Positions 51,601 to 64,000 of a stretch of DNA of 64,000 bases are shown here, one piece after another. The DNA comes from Phoronis australis (taxonomy: Eukaryota > Animalia > Phoronida), in contig NMRA01000170.1 in assembly GCA_002633005.1 (NCBI GenBank), positions 436,318-500,317 of the forward strand. The letters run 5' to 3'. Made by a program: the position numbers and the translations under genes. The notes beneath the pieces are model-generated. The model saw nothing but the letters and a program-made list of their open reading frames with translations, was not told where the DNA came from and made no database searches. Numbering within the stretch: the stretch's first letter is position 1; every line of letters starts with the position of its first letter.

Positions 51601-51752
51601 TATTGCGGAGGACTTCCAGAGTCACAGCCAGAGTGCACTTGCTGACCTGGACCATCACCTAGGCAACCCGATCAATTCGTACCTCCTTATCAAAAGATTT
51701 ACGCGGGACTGGGCTCAAGTAGAAAGTCTCATTCGCTATGGTCCAGTTGTTG
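51601..51752 (+). CDS. P4HA: P4HA copy 2 coding exon 2
   Basis: Homologous to 15332-15483, intact sites and frame. Confidence 0.88.
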
Positions 51753-52823
51753 GTAATGTATGGAACTCTCTTACTATCGTATACTTTCCCTATTGTACAC
51801 TTTCACTATCGTATTCCAAGAGGTTTCAGGAACTTAATTATCCGAAACATCCGAGATTTGAGTCCCACTTGTTCCTATTCTTATTTAAACTAAGCTGTAC
51901 TACGTCATCATGATGTACTGACTAGCTTCAAAATATACCAAACGAATGGTGAATATCAATTTTAAGTTGCTGCAAAATCGTTGAACAGTGCGAAAACATA
52001 CACAATCTGCAAAACTTATCAACAAAAATCTCAAATTTGTTTCTTAGTGGCCATGTTCATGAATGTTACTGGTTTTTAGTGCAGCAAATTTGTGTTTTGG
52101 AGGCCTAAATTATCCGCAAGTCAAACCTATTGCGCTTTAACATTAGCCAGCCAGCAAGCTGTATGAAGACTAAGAGCTGGGAACCGCTGTGTGCTAACCT
52201 CACATACTGACCTCGAAATTTCACACTGCCTCGGTAGTTCTGCTTGTCACCTCATCACGAAACTCGGACGGGATGCGTGTCATTATGTACCATTCTTCTC
52301 GAGTGTAAAAATCAAGAAATTTCCATTATCATGATCTAATCTTGAATCAGGCTTGATAACACTTGTCAATCACGCTTTTTGTGTTTGTACACAATATTGT
52401 GGTTAAGCTAGTCAAAGCTTACAGTCACACAAAAGAATCAACAAGTGAAAGCTGAGTCAAATTTATCTGAAAGTCATCCGTTTTTCTCCATTTGAAGTTT
52501 TTTGGCAAAAGTATTTCATTCAAAACACATCCTACTTCTTGACATTTCTTGAAAGTCGTTTGCAAATAGTATTTTTATGCGCCCACATATTTATATGCGG
52601 TCACATATTGCCGTCATCTCTGTCATGCTTCCGTCGTCCTGCGGCTGCAACTGGATCTCCTAAACCCCTCAAAGGATCTTGATGAGATTTGGCAGATTTG
52701 TTCCTGTGTGTGGAGTTTCATAATTGCAGAAATTCACTGGTTTGCAATATTTAATGAGCTAATTAATAATTTTTAATAAATGATTTTTTTGTTTAAATCT
52801 TAATCTGTATGGGCCACCTCCAG

Positions 52824-52988
52824 ATCTGTTGACCACCATCGACCAGAGGCGTAAGAACTTCCCCTCTGAATACGACTTAAATGGTGCCATCGCTGGCCTA
52901 CTACAGCTCCAAGATACGTACCAATTACCAGCAAAGAAGATTGCCAACAGTGACCTACAGGGGGTCCAGATACACACGAAGCTATCTG
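52824..52988 (+). CDS. P4HA: P4HA copy 2 coding exon 3
   Basis: Homologous to 16533-16697, intact sites and frame. Confidence 0.88.
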
Positions 52989-53306
52989 GTATGTTTACTT
53001 GTACCCTATTGAATCCCTGGAATGACATGTATAAAATACGCAGTGTTTTCTTTGAAGCATTTTATAGTTGATTGTACTTGTTTTGTTCTACCATGCTCAT
53101 TGTTTGATTGGCGATTAAAGTTTTAGGACTGTACAAGTATGTTATTGTATGTTTTAAATAGATGTTACTGCTGGTCATTATTTATAATTTGTCATCATAT
53201 AATGTCCGTAATCGAGAGTGCTCTGCTACCTAGCAACTCTGTAATATGTGCCACAACAACGCAATCTTTTGAAATTGCATCTGAAGTCAGACACGTTGCT
53301 TGAGAC

Positions 53307-53528
53307 TGTTACGGCCCTGACACTGGCAAAGTCAGTTAAAACTTCATATAAAATGGTTAGAAATGGTTTATTAAACTGAATTCCGATATCAGAACTTACA
53401 AACTCAAAAAAGCAAAACCATAAAGACGCTCACGAGAGTTCAGAACAAGGCAGCTGTCACCAATTCGCGATACGTGTTGCGTCTCGCATGTCTAGAGTTG
53501 CCACAAAAGTAACACAACAATAGTAACA
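53307..53528 (-). mobile_element. Solo LTR (Gypsy-like), 222 bp
   Basis: AGAC|TGTTAC...GTAACA|AGAC 4-bp TSD; absent from the homologous copy 1 intron (~17015); AATAAA on minus strand. Confidence 0.7.
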
Positions 53529-56098
53529 AGACTGACACTAAAGCTGCGGCCAAAATTAACCTTCCGTCAAAAAATGTAATACCGCTAACTGATTTGAAAT
53601 TTGCTTCATTTTTCCTAGCTGAAATTGCAAAATGGTTTTTGGTCTTGGAAAAACTGAGGTTTTGTTAACACTTGTTCTATCAGTTGGCTTCATTACGGCG
53701 TTTTCCCGTTGGTCTGAACTTGTTCGATTCTATAGCCCAACAACAAGTTGGGAAGATGACTCCTGTAGCCAACATCTTACACGACTGATTAACTGCATTC
53801 TGGCATTGATGGTTGGAGGGCCAGCTTTGTTTTTTTCGATAATTGCTCTAATCTTCAATAAGATGGTATCAAGTATGACTGGGTGTGTTGTTAAAAATAA
53901 AAGTTAAGTTATAACATGTTTGAAATAAAGCAATAGCATTTCTGAAATCCTCGCAAAATGGTGATCATGTTTAGTTTTTGAATCGACAAAATCGCCCGAA
54001 CTACAACCGAAGTACCATTTTGCTCTGGGTTTGACTGTGATCACACGTGGTCTGTAATAAGCCTGGTAGATGATTGGCCTGTCTGTTGTCATACCAGACA
54101 AGAGACGGTGGTTGCCAGTTAACAAAGAAGCTAGTATGTTATCACGCGCTCACAACCCTCATCGTCTGGTAAAGTCACTGAACGGGAAAACACCGTCATG
54201 TATCACTTCATGTTATTTTATGTGCCTCGCAACGTCTCAAGCAAACGTAATGATTACATTTTTGTTTTTAAGGCTTGTAAAATAACGACTTGTTAAGGAA
54301 TAGGTTTCATTTTACTTGAACTTTCAATTTTTATTTTGAAGCATTTCATGTCGTAATGCATGTGAAGTGCATACAGTCATTAACAACAGATTAAATGTCC
54401 CTTAAACACTTGTGCATGACCAAGTGTACTTTTGTTCTAACACTGTTCAGTAGATATAGAGTGTGAGATTAGACATTTAATACATGGCCATACCACCAGG
54501 AGGGTGCCATGGGTGCAAACGCACCCCCGCTGGGAGTTTGGATTCGCCGATTGACAAGCGGAATTTAAGCCATTACCTGTACTTTTTTAATTAACTTCAA
54601 AAGAGTCATATACTATAAATACTTTTCGCTGAAAATGAAAAATTGTCAGCTGTCATTAAGGTACTCGAGAAAGGTTGTCATTTAATAGCAAACTGGGCAA
54701 ACCTATGATTATAGTACTGCGGGCAGCTTTGTGGTCAGCTCAACTTTAAAGATGGGGTCATTTCTGTGGGTCGTCCGATAAACAGCAGGTAGCTATAGTT
54801 GGTTTGCCCTGAGTGTTGAGAACATGAACTCGCTGCTATGACTGACGGAACTACAAAGTATGTCTTTGGATTAATAAAGCTTACAGTGTACATTCTTAAT
54901 GAACGCGACCATTGTAATATCAATTAATTAAATGTAACCATGCACCTGTCTACAGTACACTGTGGTCAGCTTAAATTATAAACAAGGAACGTGCGCTGGG
55001 AGGGGCTCATTTCTGTAGAAATGCGTGTTATATGAACAAGTGCATGTGCAGTCTCGTGGAAGACTTGTAATCTAAGGGTTTGGTTAGCCTTCAAGTTAGA
55101 ATCAACATCACTGGATATACCGGTAGCTACAAGAGCCTGCAGGTGTACTTTCAGAAATGAGGTTCAACCTGATGTGGAATTTTTCGAGATTGTTTTGACT
55201 ATATGGGTCATACATGGAAAACGTGATCAAGATGTAATTACGTTCTCAATTTTTGTTCCTTAAAATGAGTGTTAAAACATAGGAAGTTGATTTCTTGCAC
55301 ACAGGCATTATTAAACATCTCTTACAGTAGCTTTGTTATCGTCAAAGTAAACCTACCCTCATGCAATCTATTTTAAAGTTCATCGCTAAATGAGCTGCTG
55401 CAGTCAGCAATATATGTTTCCAAAATAACCTCACCTTTTTCCACTTCTTTTTAAATGGAAGCAACTTTGTAAAAGTGGTTTCTGTGTTTACCCTACAGGA
55501 TTGGTGAGTTATGCTCATCATAAATTATGCGTCTAACCGACCTGTGAACCATTGATTTATAACCCAAAATTAAGGTGACTTTTGAGACACCATACACTTT
55601 TTTATTTCTATTCTATTATAAACTCTGCTTTAAGACTTTTATCATATGCCAAAAATAGCGAAACAGCATACTTGATTATGTAGGGTGTGTACCTCACTCA
55701 TTTTGGGACCTGTGCCTCACTTTCAAAAGAATAAAGTAATAAGCATCTGCCCACATCACTTCTTTTCAAAAGTTACACGTGGCTTGGCAAGACTTAGCGA
55801 CAATCCAACCTGCGTGGTCATTTACTCACCATTCGTTGACTGAGCAGTACCAATCGCACCAATCGCTTGTCACTGGACTGCTGAAAATAGGAATAAAGTC
55901 ACACACCAGTTCACCTGTTGTTGGGTGACCTTCCTTGAGAAAATGAATGAGTAAAACAGACCGTATCACCTCATCAATTCCCCAAGAAACACAAACCAAA
56001 ACCAGTTGTTATTTGGCTTTGCCAAGGCATTAACTCACATCTGGTAGGCTTTTTAAAGATTAAAATCTGTTAACAGCTATGTCTGTTGCATGCTTTAG

Positions 56099-56259
56099 CT
56101 GTGGATTGTTACGAGATAGGCAGGTCAGCGCACATGTCTGGCGACTACTATCATACAATACTGTGGATGGAAGAAGCGCTTGACCGCATCAGGGATGAGG
56201 TGAATCGTACTGTTGCTGAGGCAGACATTCTAGATCATCTGTCCTACTCAAATTTCCAG
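56099..56259 (+). CDS. P4HA: P4HA copy 2 exon 4a; no further exons seen in the window
   Basis: Homologous to 18657-18817, intact. Confidence 0.88.
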
Positions 56260-57240
56260 GTGAGACATCGTGATTATCAAGGTATGGTACAGGTAATAAA
56301 TGGATTCAATACGATGACTTCGTGCCACCACGTGAATGGTGCCATGTCGAGAATTGTTGTGTTTATGCTCACCTAAGTTTCCGAAAATTGCCTGTACCTG
56401 TTTCATTAAAGGTCTTGTGAGCTGTTATATAGTCTTGGGGTCCAGGTTACAGGGCCAATAATTTTCTTTGAAACGTTTTACAGGATTTTCGATGGGTTCA
56501 TAAGGGGATGAAGTTAAGGTCAAAAGCAACTTTTTTCCGTGAAGTGCTATCTTGTTATCATTTTCGGCGCAAGTTATTAGGTACCGAAAAGATCCCCGAT
56601 AGTTATCAAATGACAACTTTTTAATACTGCGAAAGACACATAGATTCCATGGCTGTTGCTTCGTGATGTTCATGTCCCTATAAGATTGTTATCAACTATC
56701 CTGGCCAATTTTTCAAGGTATCTGTGACTTTTTGGTTGTACCTAATAGGATTTTTTGTCAGGTGTAGTCAAAACGATGTCAGATTGTGAAACTGTGACGT
56801 GTTAGTAATCATTTTTATGATCAACATATGTCCCGAATAATGGGTAAATGATACGTGCTTCGCAAGCTCGTTACCAGAGATGAAAAGGAGACCGAGGTAG
56901 GCGATATAAGGTCATTTATTATGACGAATAGAATTACAAGTAAATATAGTGAATACAGATAATAAAAATAAAAATGATAAACTCTGGTAAGATGGGCAAT
57001 AAAAAAGCGCCACAAGAGATGTTGTAAGACAGCTCATGCCCATCCGCAGGGGCCCAACAGTTTGTCTTGTAAGCGCCGGATAGGGAGAAGTGAGGAGGGG
57101 GTTTTCCCCATCCCGCCCTGGAGAAAATTTTGCTTTGTTTTTGTTTTTGTCTCCAAAAACGAACATTTCCTTGATTTCTGAAGTATTATCAAAGAATCGA
57201 AAAAACTGAAAAAAATAATGTGTAAACGTAAAAAACTTGT

Positions 57241-57304
57241 GCTAGTGATGGATTTAAACTCCAACCTGTCAGCAACAGCGCACGTGCTCTACCACTGGGC
57301 CACC
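57241..57304 (-). mobile_element. Degenerate tRNA-derived SINE head
   Basis: Minus strand GGTGGCCCAGTGGTAGAGC (A box) ... GAGTTTAAATCC (B-box-like). Confidence 0.4.
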
Positions 57305-58126
57305 ACGCTTGTGCTTAAAAAGTGGACTAAGAGACCACTTATTTATGGTCCAAAGCGTTTGCACGCCAACCTGGTACTTTTCGCAATACTTATTACACGC
57401 TTTATATTTTGAGCAACCAATTCGTAGCAAAAGTTGTGTTTAAAATAATCTTCTGTTGCTCAAAAGACCAAATCCGTTTTTCCTGTTAGCATTAACCATG
57501 CGATTGCTTTGCAAGTCATCGTCTTAATTTTAATGTTTGACAAAGAGAGAGTTATGAGTTTTTGAGAGGTTCACTAAGGCTTCGATTAAAATTTACATCT
57601 TATCAGCAGCTTGTGTTTCTTCATCATTACTCCGTTTTGTTTGAAAAAAATGAAGCAATTTTCTTCATAGCACAGTGAAGCAGACGACAGAAACGGCGTG
57701 GTAGTGGGCAGCGCCATTGGCGGTCGCCTAGGATATGACATACATATCGACCGGGATCGCCATTACCTAGCCATAGTTCCGGTACGATTGCACCGGTCTG
57801 AATACACGCGCACACAAACTACAACTGCACACATTGTTAAATTTTCTTTCAGCCGTATGTTATTTACCGGTGTTAATTAATAAACTCAATATTTCCTCAC
57901 GCTCTTGCTGTTTTATTTTTTTGCGGCAGCCAAGGGGGGGGGGCCTCCCATTAAATCCGCCTATGGACTGACAAGATAGGTCAGTGTCTTTAGGTAGAAG
58001 TCTACCCTGTCAAATCTTACTATGTTGCCAATAACGGTCAACCTCTTTCAGTGATTGGCTTGCCAGAGTTTGTAAACTAAAGTGAGTTGCATGAGCATCT
58101 TTGGATTATTCTTAACTCTTTTTTCA

Positions 58127-58853
58127 AAAACCGGACGATCGCCGCACAAATAAAAAAGTTCATGTTCAACTCAACGTTTCGTCTTTTCATCAGGATCATA
58201 TTTACAGCAATTTAGGACAACAAGTGCCAACATACAGCTCAGGTAACATCCATAGAGTAAAGTGAGAGATACATAGAATATGGTCAGTAGCTGGTTTCCG
58301 AAGGGGTTTGAAAACAACTATCAGTTTAACTGCTGGGTCTATGCCCCTTCGGAAACTTTCCAATATGCTGTGTAAACTGAAGTCACCCATCCCTTTATTG
58401 AACAAGAGCAATGTTGTCTATAAGGTTGAATGTGACAACTGTAAGGAATTCTATATAGGACCCAAACAGAGACGCCTCTGTGACAGGTTGAAAGAACGTC
58501 ACACCTCAGAGAAAAGTAACGTATATAGGCATTGTATTAGCTACAATCACCAAGCCAACTCTGTTAGTATTATCTGAAGAGAACCTAATAAGGAGTTAAT
58601 GTACATTAAAGAGTCATTGGCCATTCAGAACCAGCATGCCACTGATTCTCTGAATAACATACAGAGCTCAGTGACCCTGCAGCTATGGGGATGACCAGCT
58701 ACTGATCATATTCTATGTATCTCCCACTTCACTCTATGGATGTTACCTGAGCTGTATGTTGGCACTTGTTGTCTTAAATTGTTGAATTGAACATGAACTT
58801 TGTGCGGCGATCGTCCGGTTTTTGATCTTTATTGTGTCCAAAAACTGATTTAA
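58127..58853 (+). mobile_element. 5'-truncated Penelope-like retroelement: GIY-YIG endonuclease 3' fragment with an inverted pseudo-LTR (duplicate at ~60226-60962)
   Basis: KSNVVYKVECDNCKEFYIG..RRLCDRLKE (GIY-YIG); 58127-58297 is an inverted copy of the 3' UTR 58695-58824; 15-bp TSD TTAACTCTTTTTTCA at 58112-58126 and 58854-58868. Confidence 0.85.
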
Positions 58854-59103
58854 TTAACTCTTTTTTCATCTCATGTTTCCGTAAGTAAGCTCCTCTATAC
58901 GCAACACACTTATTGGAGATGCAGTTGCTGTCTACATGCTCAAGAGTGGAACTATTTTGGTAGTAATTATAGTAACTTAGTTAACTAGCAATAGACAGGT
59001 TCACTTCAGTGATCTTTGTTAGGTCACCAGATCCGTCACACCCTCCACTCACTCGTGTATAACAAATGTTATTCCACTATATTAGCCTCGAGTAGCAGAT
59101 ACA

Positions 59104-59460
59104 TATAGATTATTACATGGCGAAGTCGTTATCCCTCGTGTCGTGTGGTCGGGATCCTTTGACTTGAGCATTATAGTCAGTTTCTAGTGGTAGCCTACTT
59201 TAGCAGACGATATATTCCTGATCGAAGCTTAGCGTGATGAAATGTGTAGTAAGCTATAACAGTTGCTAAACCTTAACTTATAGATTCACTTTATTTCTAT
59301 TTTGTTTTATTTTTCAATTGGTTTTGAGTAAAAGCATTATTTTACAAAAACATCTCGGCTTTTCTTAAAAGGTCACGACCTCCCTCGGGCGATAATTCTC
59401 CAAAATCCACTCGGACTCTAGATAACGGGGGATAACGACTTCGCCATGTAATAATCTATA
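59104..59460. mobile_element. MITE with ~32-bp perfect TIR (duplicate ~61213-61569)
   Basis: TATAGATTATTACATGGCGAAGTCGTTATCCC ... GGGATAACGACTTCGCCATGTAATAATCTATA. Confidence 0.8.
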
Positions 59461-60267
59461 TACACACCTTGATCTGCCAAAGATGATATAACTTGCCATT
59501 GCAACATTGCACGTGGTCTACCGCATACAAAAAATCGTATTGTGACATCAGATCGGGAAAAGTCAAGTTTCCAAGCTTGTCAACACTGTGTAAGTTGTAT
59601 ACGACATTGGTATTGTGTTCTTGTGGCCAATTTTCAATGGTCTGGTAAACTTAGGCTATATTTGTCAAAAGCGCGAGCTGAACTTGTTTATTGATTAAAT
59701 GTGCTTTATGTATTTATGCAGGATTTGTGCTGGTATTTGTCATCTTAAACTAAGGGCGCCTTGTTTTAAATTAAACGCTAGATGCACTTGCTTATAATTG
59801 GTTTTTATGCACCCATGCATACCGGTAAATGCACAAAGCACAAACTGTGGTAAGTCAGTCACTCATAGAGGTTGACCGCTATTGGCAACATAGTAAGATT
59901 TGACAGGCTAGACTTTTAACNTACAACTGCACACATTGTTAAATTTTCTTTCAACCCTATGTTATTTACCGGTGTTAATTAATAAACTCAATATTTCCTC
60001 ATGCTCTTGCTGTTTTATTTTTTTTGCGGCAGCCAAGAGGGGCCTCCCATTAAATCCGCCTATGGACTGACAAGATAGGTCAGTGTGTTTAGGTAGAAGT
60101 CTAGCCTGTCAAATCTTACTATGTTGCCAATAACGGTAACCTCTTTCAGTGATTGGCTTGCCAGAGTTTGTAGACTAAAGTGAGTTGCACGAGCATCTTT
60201 GGATTATTCTTAACTCTTTTTTTCAAAAACCGGACGATCACCGCACAAATAAAAAAGTTCATGTTCA

Positions 60268-60308
60268 ACTCAACGTTTCGTCTTTTCATTAGACATCATC
60301 AGGATCAT
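60268..60308 (-). ncRNA. Minimal hammerhead-ribozyme-like motif in the Penelope pseudo-LTR
   Basis: Minus strand CUGAUGA-U-GUCU-aaugaaa-AGAC-GAAACGUU; helix I pairing weak. Confidence 0.55.
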
Positions 60309-62659
60309 ATTTACAGCAATTTAGGACAACAAGTGCCAACATACAGCTCAGGTAACATCCATAGAGTAAAGTGAGAGATACATAGAATATGGTCAGTAGC
60401 TGGTTTCCGTAGGGGTTTGAAAACAACTATCAGTTTAACTGCTGGGTCTATGCCCCTTCGGAAACTTTCCAATATGCTGTGTAAACTGAAGTCACCCATC
60501 CCTTTATTGAACAAGAGCAATGTTGTGTATAAGGTTGAATGTGACAACTGTAAGGAATTCTATATAGGACCCAAACAGAGACGCCTCTGTGACAGGTTGA
60601 AAGAACGTCACACCTCAGAGAAAAGTAACGTATATAGGCATTGTATTAGCTACAATCACCAAGCCAGCTCTGTTAGTATTATCTGAAGAGAACCTAATAA
60701 GGAGTTAATGTACATTAAAGAGTCATTGGCCATTCAGAACCAGCATGCCACTGATTCTCTGAATAACATACAGAGCTCAGTGACCCTGCAGCTATGGGGA
60801 TGACCAGCTACTGATCATATTCTATGTATCTCCCACTTCACTCTATGGATGTTACCTGAGCTGTATGTTGGCACTTGTTGTCTTAAATTGTTGAATTGAA
60901 CATGAACTTTGTGCGGCGATCGTCCGGTTTTTGATCTTTATTGTGTCCAAAAACTGATTTAATTAACTCTTTTTTCATCTCATGTTTCCGTAAGTAAGCT
61001 CCTCTATACGCAACACACTTATTGGAGATGCAGTTGCTGTCTACATGCTCAAGAGTGGAACTATTTTGGTAGTAATTATAGTAACTTAGTTAACTAGCAA
61101 TAGACAGGTTCACTTCAGTGATCTTTGTTAGGTCACCAGATCCGTCACACCCTCCACTCACTCGTGTATAACAAATGTTATTCCACTATATTAGCCTCGA
61201 GTAGCAGATACATATAGATTATTACATGGCGAAGTCGTTATCCCTCGTGTCGTGTGGTCGGGATCCTTTGACTTGAGCATTATAGTCAGTTTCTAGTGGT
61301 AGCCTACTTTAGCAGACGATATATTCCTGATCGAAGCTTAGCGTGATGAAATGTGTAGTAAGCTATAACAGTTGCTAAACCTTAACTTATAGATTCACTT
61401 TATTTCTATTTTGTTTTATTTTTCAATTGGTTTTGAGTAAAAGCATTATTTTACAAAAACATCTCGGCTTTTCTTAAAAGGTCACGACCTCCCTCGGGCG
61501 ATAATTCTCCAAAATCCACTCGGACTCTAGATAACGGGGGATAACGACTTCGCCATGTAATAATCTATATACACACCTTGATCTGCCAAAGATGATATAA
61601 CTTGCCATTGCAACATTGCACGTGGTCTACCGCATACAAAAAATCGTATTGTGACATCAGATCGGGAAAAGTCAAGTTTCCAAGCTTGTCAACACTGTGT
61701 AAGTTGTATACGACATTGGTATTGTGTTCTTGTGGCCAATTTTCAATGGTCTGGTAAACTTAGGCTATATTTGTCAAAAGCGCGAGCTGAACTTGTTTAT
61801 TGATTAAATGTGCTTTATGTATTTATGCAGGATTTGTGCTGGTATTTGTCATCTTAAACTAAGGGCGCCTTGTTTTAAATTAAACGCTAGATGCACTTGC
61901 TTATAATTGGTTTTTATGCACCCATGCATACCGGTAAATGCACAAAGCACAAACTGTGGTAAGTCAATCACTAACAGATGTTGACCGTTATTGGCAACAT
62001 AGTAAGATTTGACAGGCTAGACTTCTATCTAAACACACTGACCAATCTTGTCAGTCCATAGGTGGATTTAAGGGGAAGGCCCCCCTTGACGTCTGCAAAA
62101 AATAAAACAGCAAGAGCGTGAGGAAATATTGAGTTTATTAATTAACCCCGGTAATTAAAATACGGCTGAAAGAAAATTTAACAATGTGTGCAGTTTTAGT
62201 TTGTGTTTGCGTGTATGAGGGGGGGGGAGGCTCCGGCAAACCTCATTTCAAGTGTCCGATTCAGACAGGCGCAATCGTAACGGAACTATGGCTAGGTAAT
62301 GGCGATCCCGGTCGATATGAGTGTGATATTCTAGGCGACCGCCAATGGCGCTGCGCACTACAACTCCATTTCTGTCGTCTGCTTCACTGCGCTATGAAAC
62401 AATTGCTTCATTTTTTCAAACCAAAACGGAGTAATGATGAAGAAACACAAGCTGCTGATAAGATGTAAATTTTTGATCGAAGCCTTAGTGAACCTCTCAA
62501 AAACTCATAATTCTCTCTGTCACACATTAAAATTAAGACGATTTGCAAAGCAATCGCATGTTTAATGCCAACAGGAAAAACGGGTTTGGTTTTTAGAGCA
62601 ACTGACGACTATTTTAAACACAACTTTTGCTACTACTTGGTTGCGCAAAATATAAAGCG

Positions 62660-63630
62660 TGTGGCTAATATTGCTATCGTCTCTGTCTGGGCATACGTCG
62701 TCGGCGTCCGCAGCTTCATCTCCTAAGGGCCTTGCAGGATCTTGATCAGATATGGCATATTTGTTCCTGTGAATGTGGTAATGGATGACAATGACTTTGA
62801 CAGATCAAACTGACGTCTGCTGTTCCCCCTAGTGCCAATTTTAGTTTTTGCTGGTGCCTGATCTGTATCTGCGTAATTCTTGGGTGAATTTTCATAAAAT
62901 TTGGCACAAAGGCTTCTATTATGATGGCAATGCCATCTTTCACGAATAGCTGTTTTTCAAATTTTCGAGTCAGTTTTTTGGAGTCCGCCTTCCTATCAGC
63001 CAAAGCGCTTGAAGGATCATGAAAATTGGCAGGTGTGTTTCTGATGAAAAGACCACAGTTGACTTTGATTTTCCGGCATTTTTCGACTACTCTGGCACCC
63101 AATAACCCTTTTCAGAAATTTTATGAAATTTGGCAGATGTGTACCTATGGAGTTGACAACAGGTAATGACAATTTAGTTTCATCCCAATCCGACAATTGG
63201 TGTGTCCCCTAGTGGCAATTTTATTTTTTCACGTTTTCCTGTATATCTTCGGAATTCATCGATAGATTTTCATGAATCTTGACAAATAGGTTTCTATTAA
63301 GGTAACGGCAATGCCTTTCCATTTTCAAATAGATTTTATATCTTGTGTGTCTCCTATTAGGGAATTTTAACAGTTTTAGGTCCATTTTAGTGACTGCCTC
63401 TCTATCCGCCAAACTACTCGGAAGATCGTTGTGAAAATTGCCAGATGCGTGTTTCTGATGAGAGGCATTGATATTCGAACGGGTTCCGCTACTTAAGCGC
63501 ACTCTAGTGGCATTTTATCCATCTATGGTTGTGTCTCCTTATCCTTTATGAAGGATTTTGTAAAATTTGGCCGACATGCTGCTGCGGAGTTCATGGCATT
63601 TTATGACACGTTTCAGACCCATTTGACTAC
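62660..63630 (+). mobile_element. Helentron/pearl-like element, same family as 20215 and 34028
   Basis: Same GAAATTTGGC and CCCCTAGTG subrepeats. Confidence 0.55.
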
Positions 63631-63664
63631 TGACCACTGTAATACCTGTAATACCTGTAATACC

Positions 63665-64000
63665 TGTCACGGACAGGATCATTGAGGATATGCTGGTGCA
63701 TTAATTCCCTCCCCAGACCATGCCCGTGTCAGCAGAAGGCGCAGAACTCCAGGGCTGACGTTGCCTGTAAGCATTTGATTAGACAGCACTCGGGCACGGC
63801 CCTTCTTGTGACTCTTCGCAGCATGGCCATAAATAATACCGGCTTCGAGCAGGCGGCTGCCATCATTGAACTCAGCCAGCTGGGATGCAGTCTGCTCGAG
63901 GTTGCGTTTGCGAGCCAGCAGCTTAACGTCAGCCGAATATAAGTAGAGGGGTTGGTTGGTGGTGCATGAGCCAGCGAGGTAATCTGCACGCTCATTAATC
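63665..64000 (+). mobile_element. Possible start of an LTR running out of the window
   Basis: Abrupt GC-rich sequence starting TGTCACG, preceded by (TGTAATACC)x3; TATAA at ~63937. Confidence 0.3.

Larger units (their letters stand above)
57820..62024. repeat. Near-identical duplication 57820-59920 / 59922-62024 joined by n at 59921 (probable assembly artefact)
   Basis: Copies almost identical; junction is the n base. Confidence 0.88.

Noticed and set aside
57241-57304. Functional tRNA gene
   Set aside because: Degenerate B box and no clean cloverleaf; treated as a SINE remnant
724-63995. Most 60-140 aa ORFs in the supplied track
   Set aside because: Intronic or TE-derived, or antisense shadows of exons, with no recognisable domains
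44251-64000. Copy 2 as a mere haplotig of copy 1
   Set aside because: Introns are much more diverged than the n-joined duplicates, many TE presence/absence differences, different upstream region and no n at the boundary

Overview
Eukaryotic, intron-rich, AT-rich genomic DNA; the repeat types suggest a lophotrochozoan such as a mollusc (inference). From left to right: (1) first coding exon of a neutral ceramidase on the minus strand (5688-5843), head-to-head about 440 bp from (2) a complete collagen prolyl 4-hydroxylase alpha-subunit (P4HA) gene on the plus strand (6284-40876; 14 coding exon positions, about 537 aa). This gene has three pairs of tandem homologous, apparently mutually exclusive exons: one in the peptide-substrate-binding domain, one carrying the catalytic His-x-Asp iron ligands, and one encoding the adjacent loop. 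Long intra-intronic complementary stems lie between the members of the catalytic-domain pairs. (3) The 5' part of a tandem P4HA paralog (from 44251, presumably continuing past the window) has a different upstream region, has cleanly lost one alternative exon and shows many amino-acid changes. Introns are filled with non-autonomous TEs (Kolobok-like THAP foldback, large foldback with ~140-bp subrepeats, MITEs, Helentron/pearl-like elements, a solo LTR, and a Penelope fragment with a hammerhead-like motif). Three 2-3 kb tandem duplications each meet at a single 'n' and are probably assembly (haplotype) artefacts. All exon boundaries and alignments were read by eye; no expression data were available.
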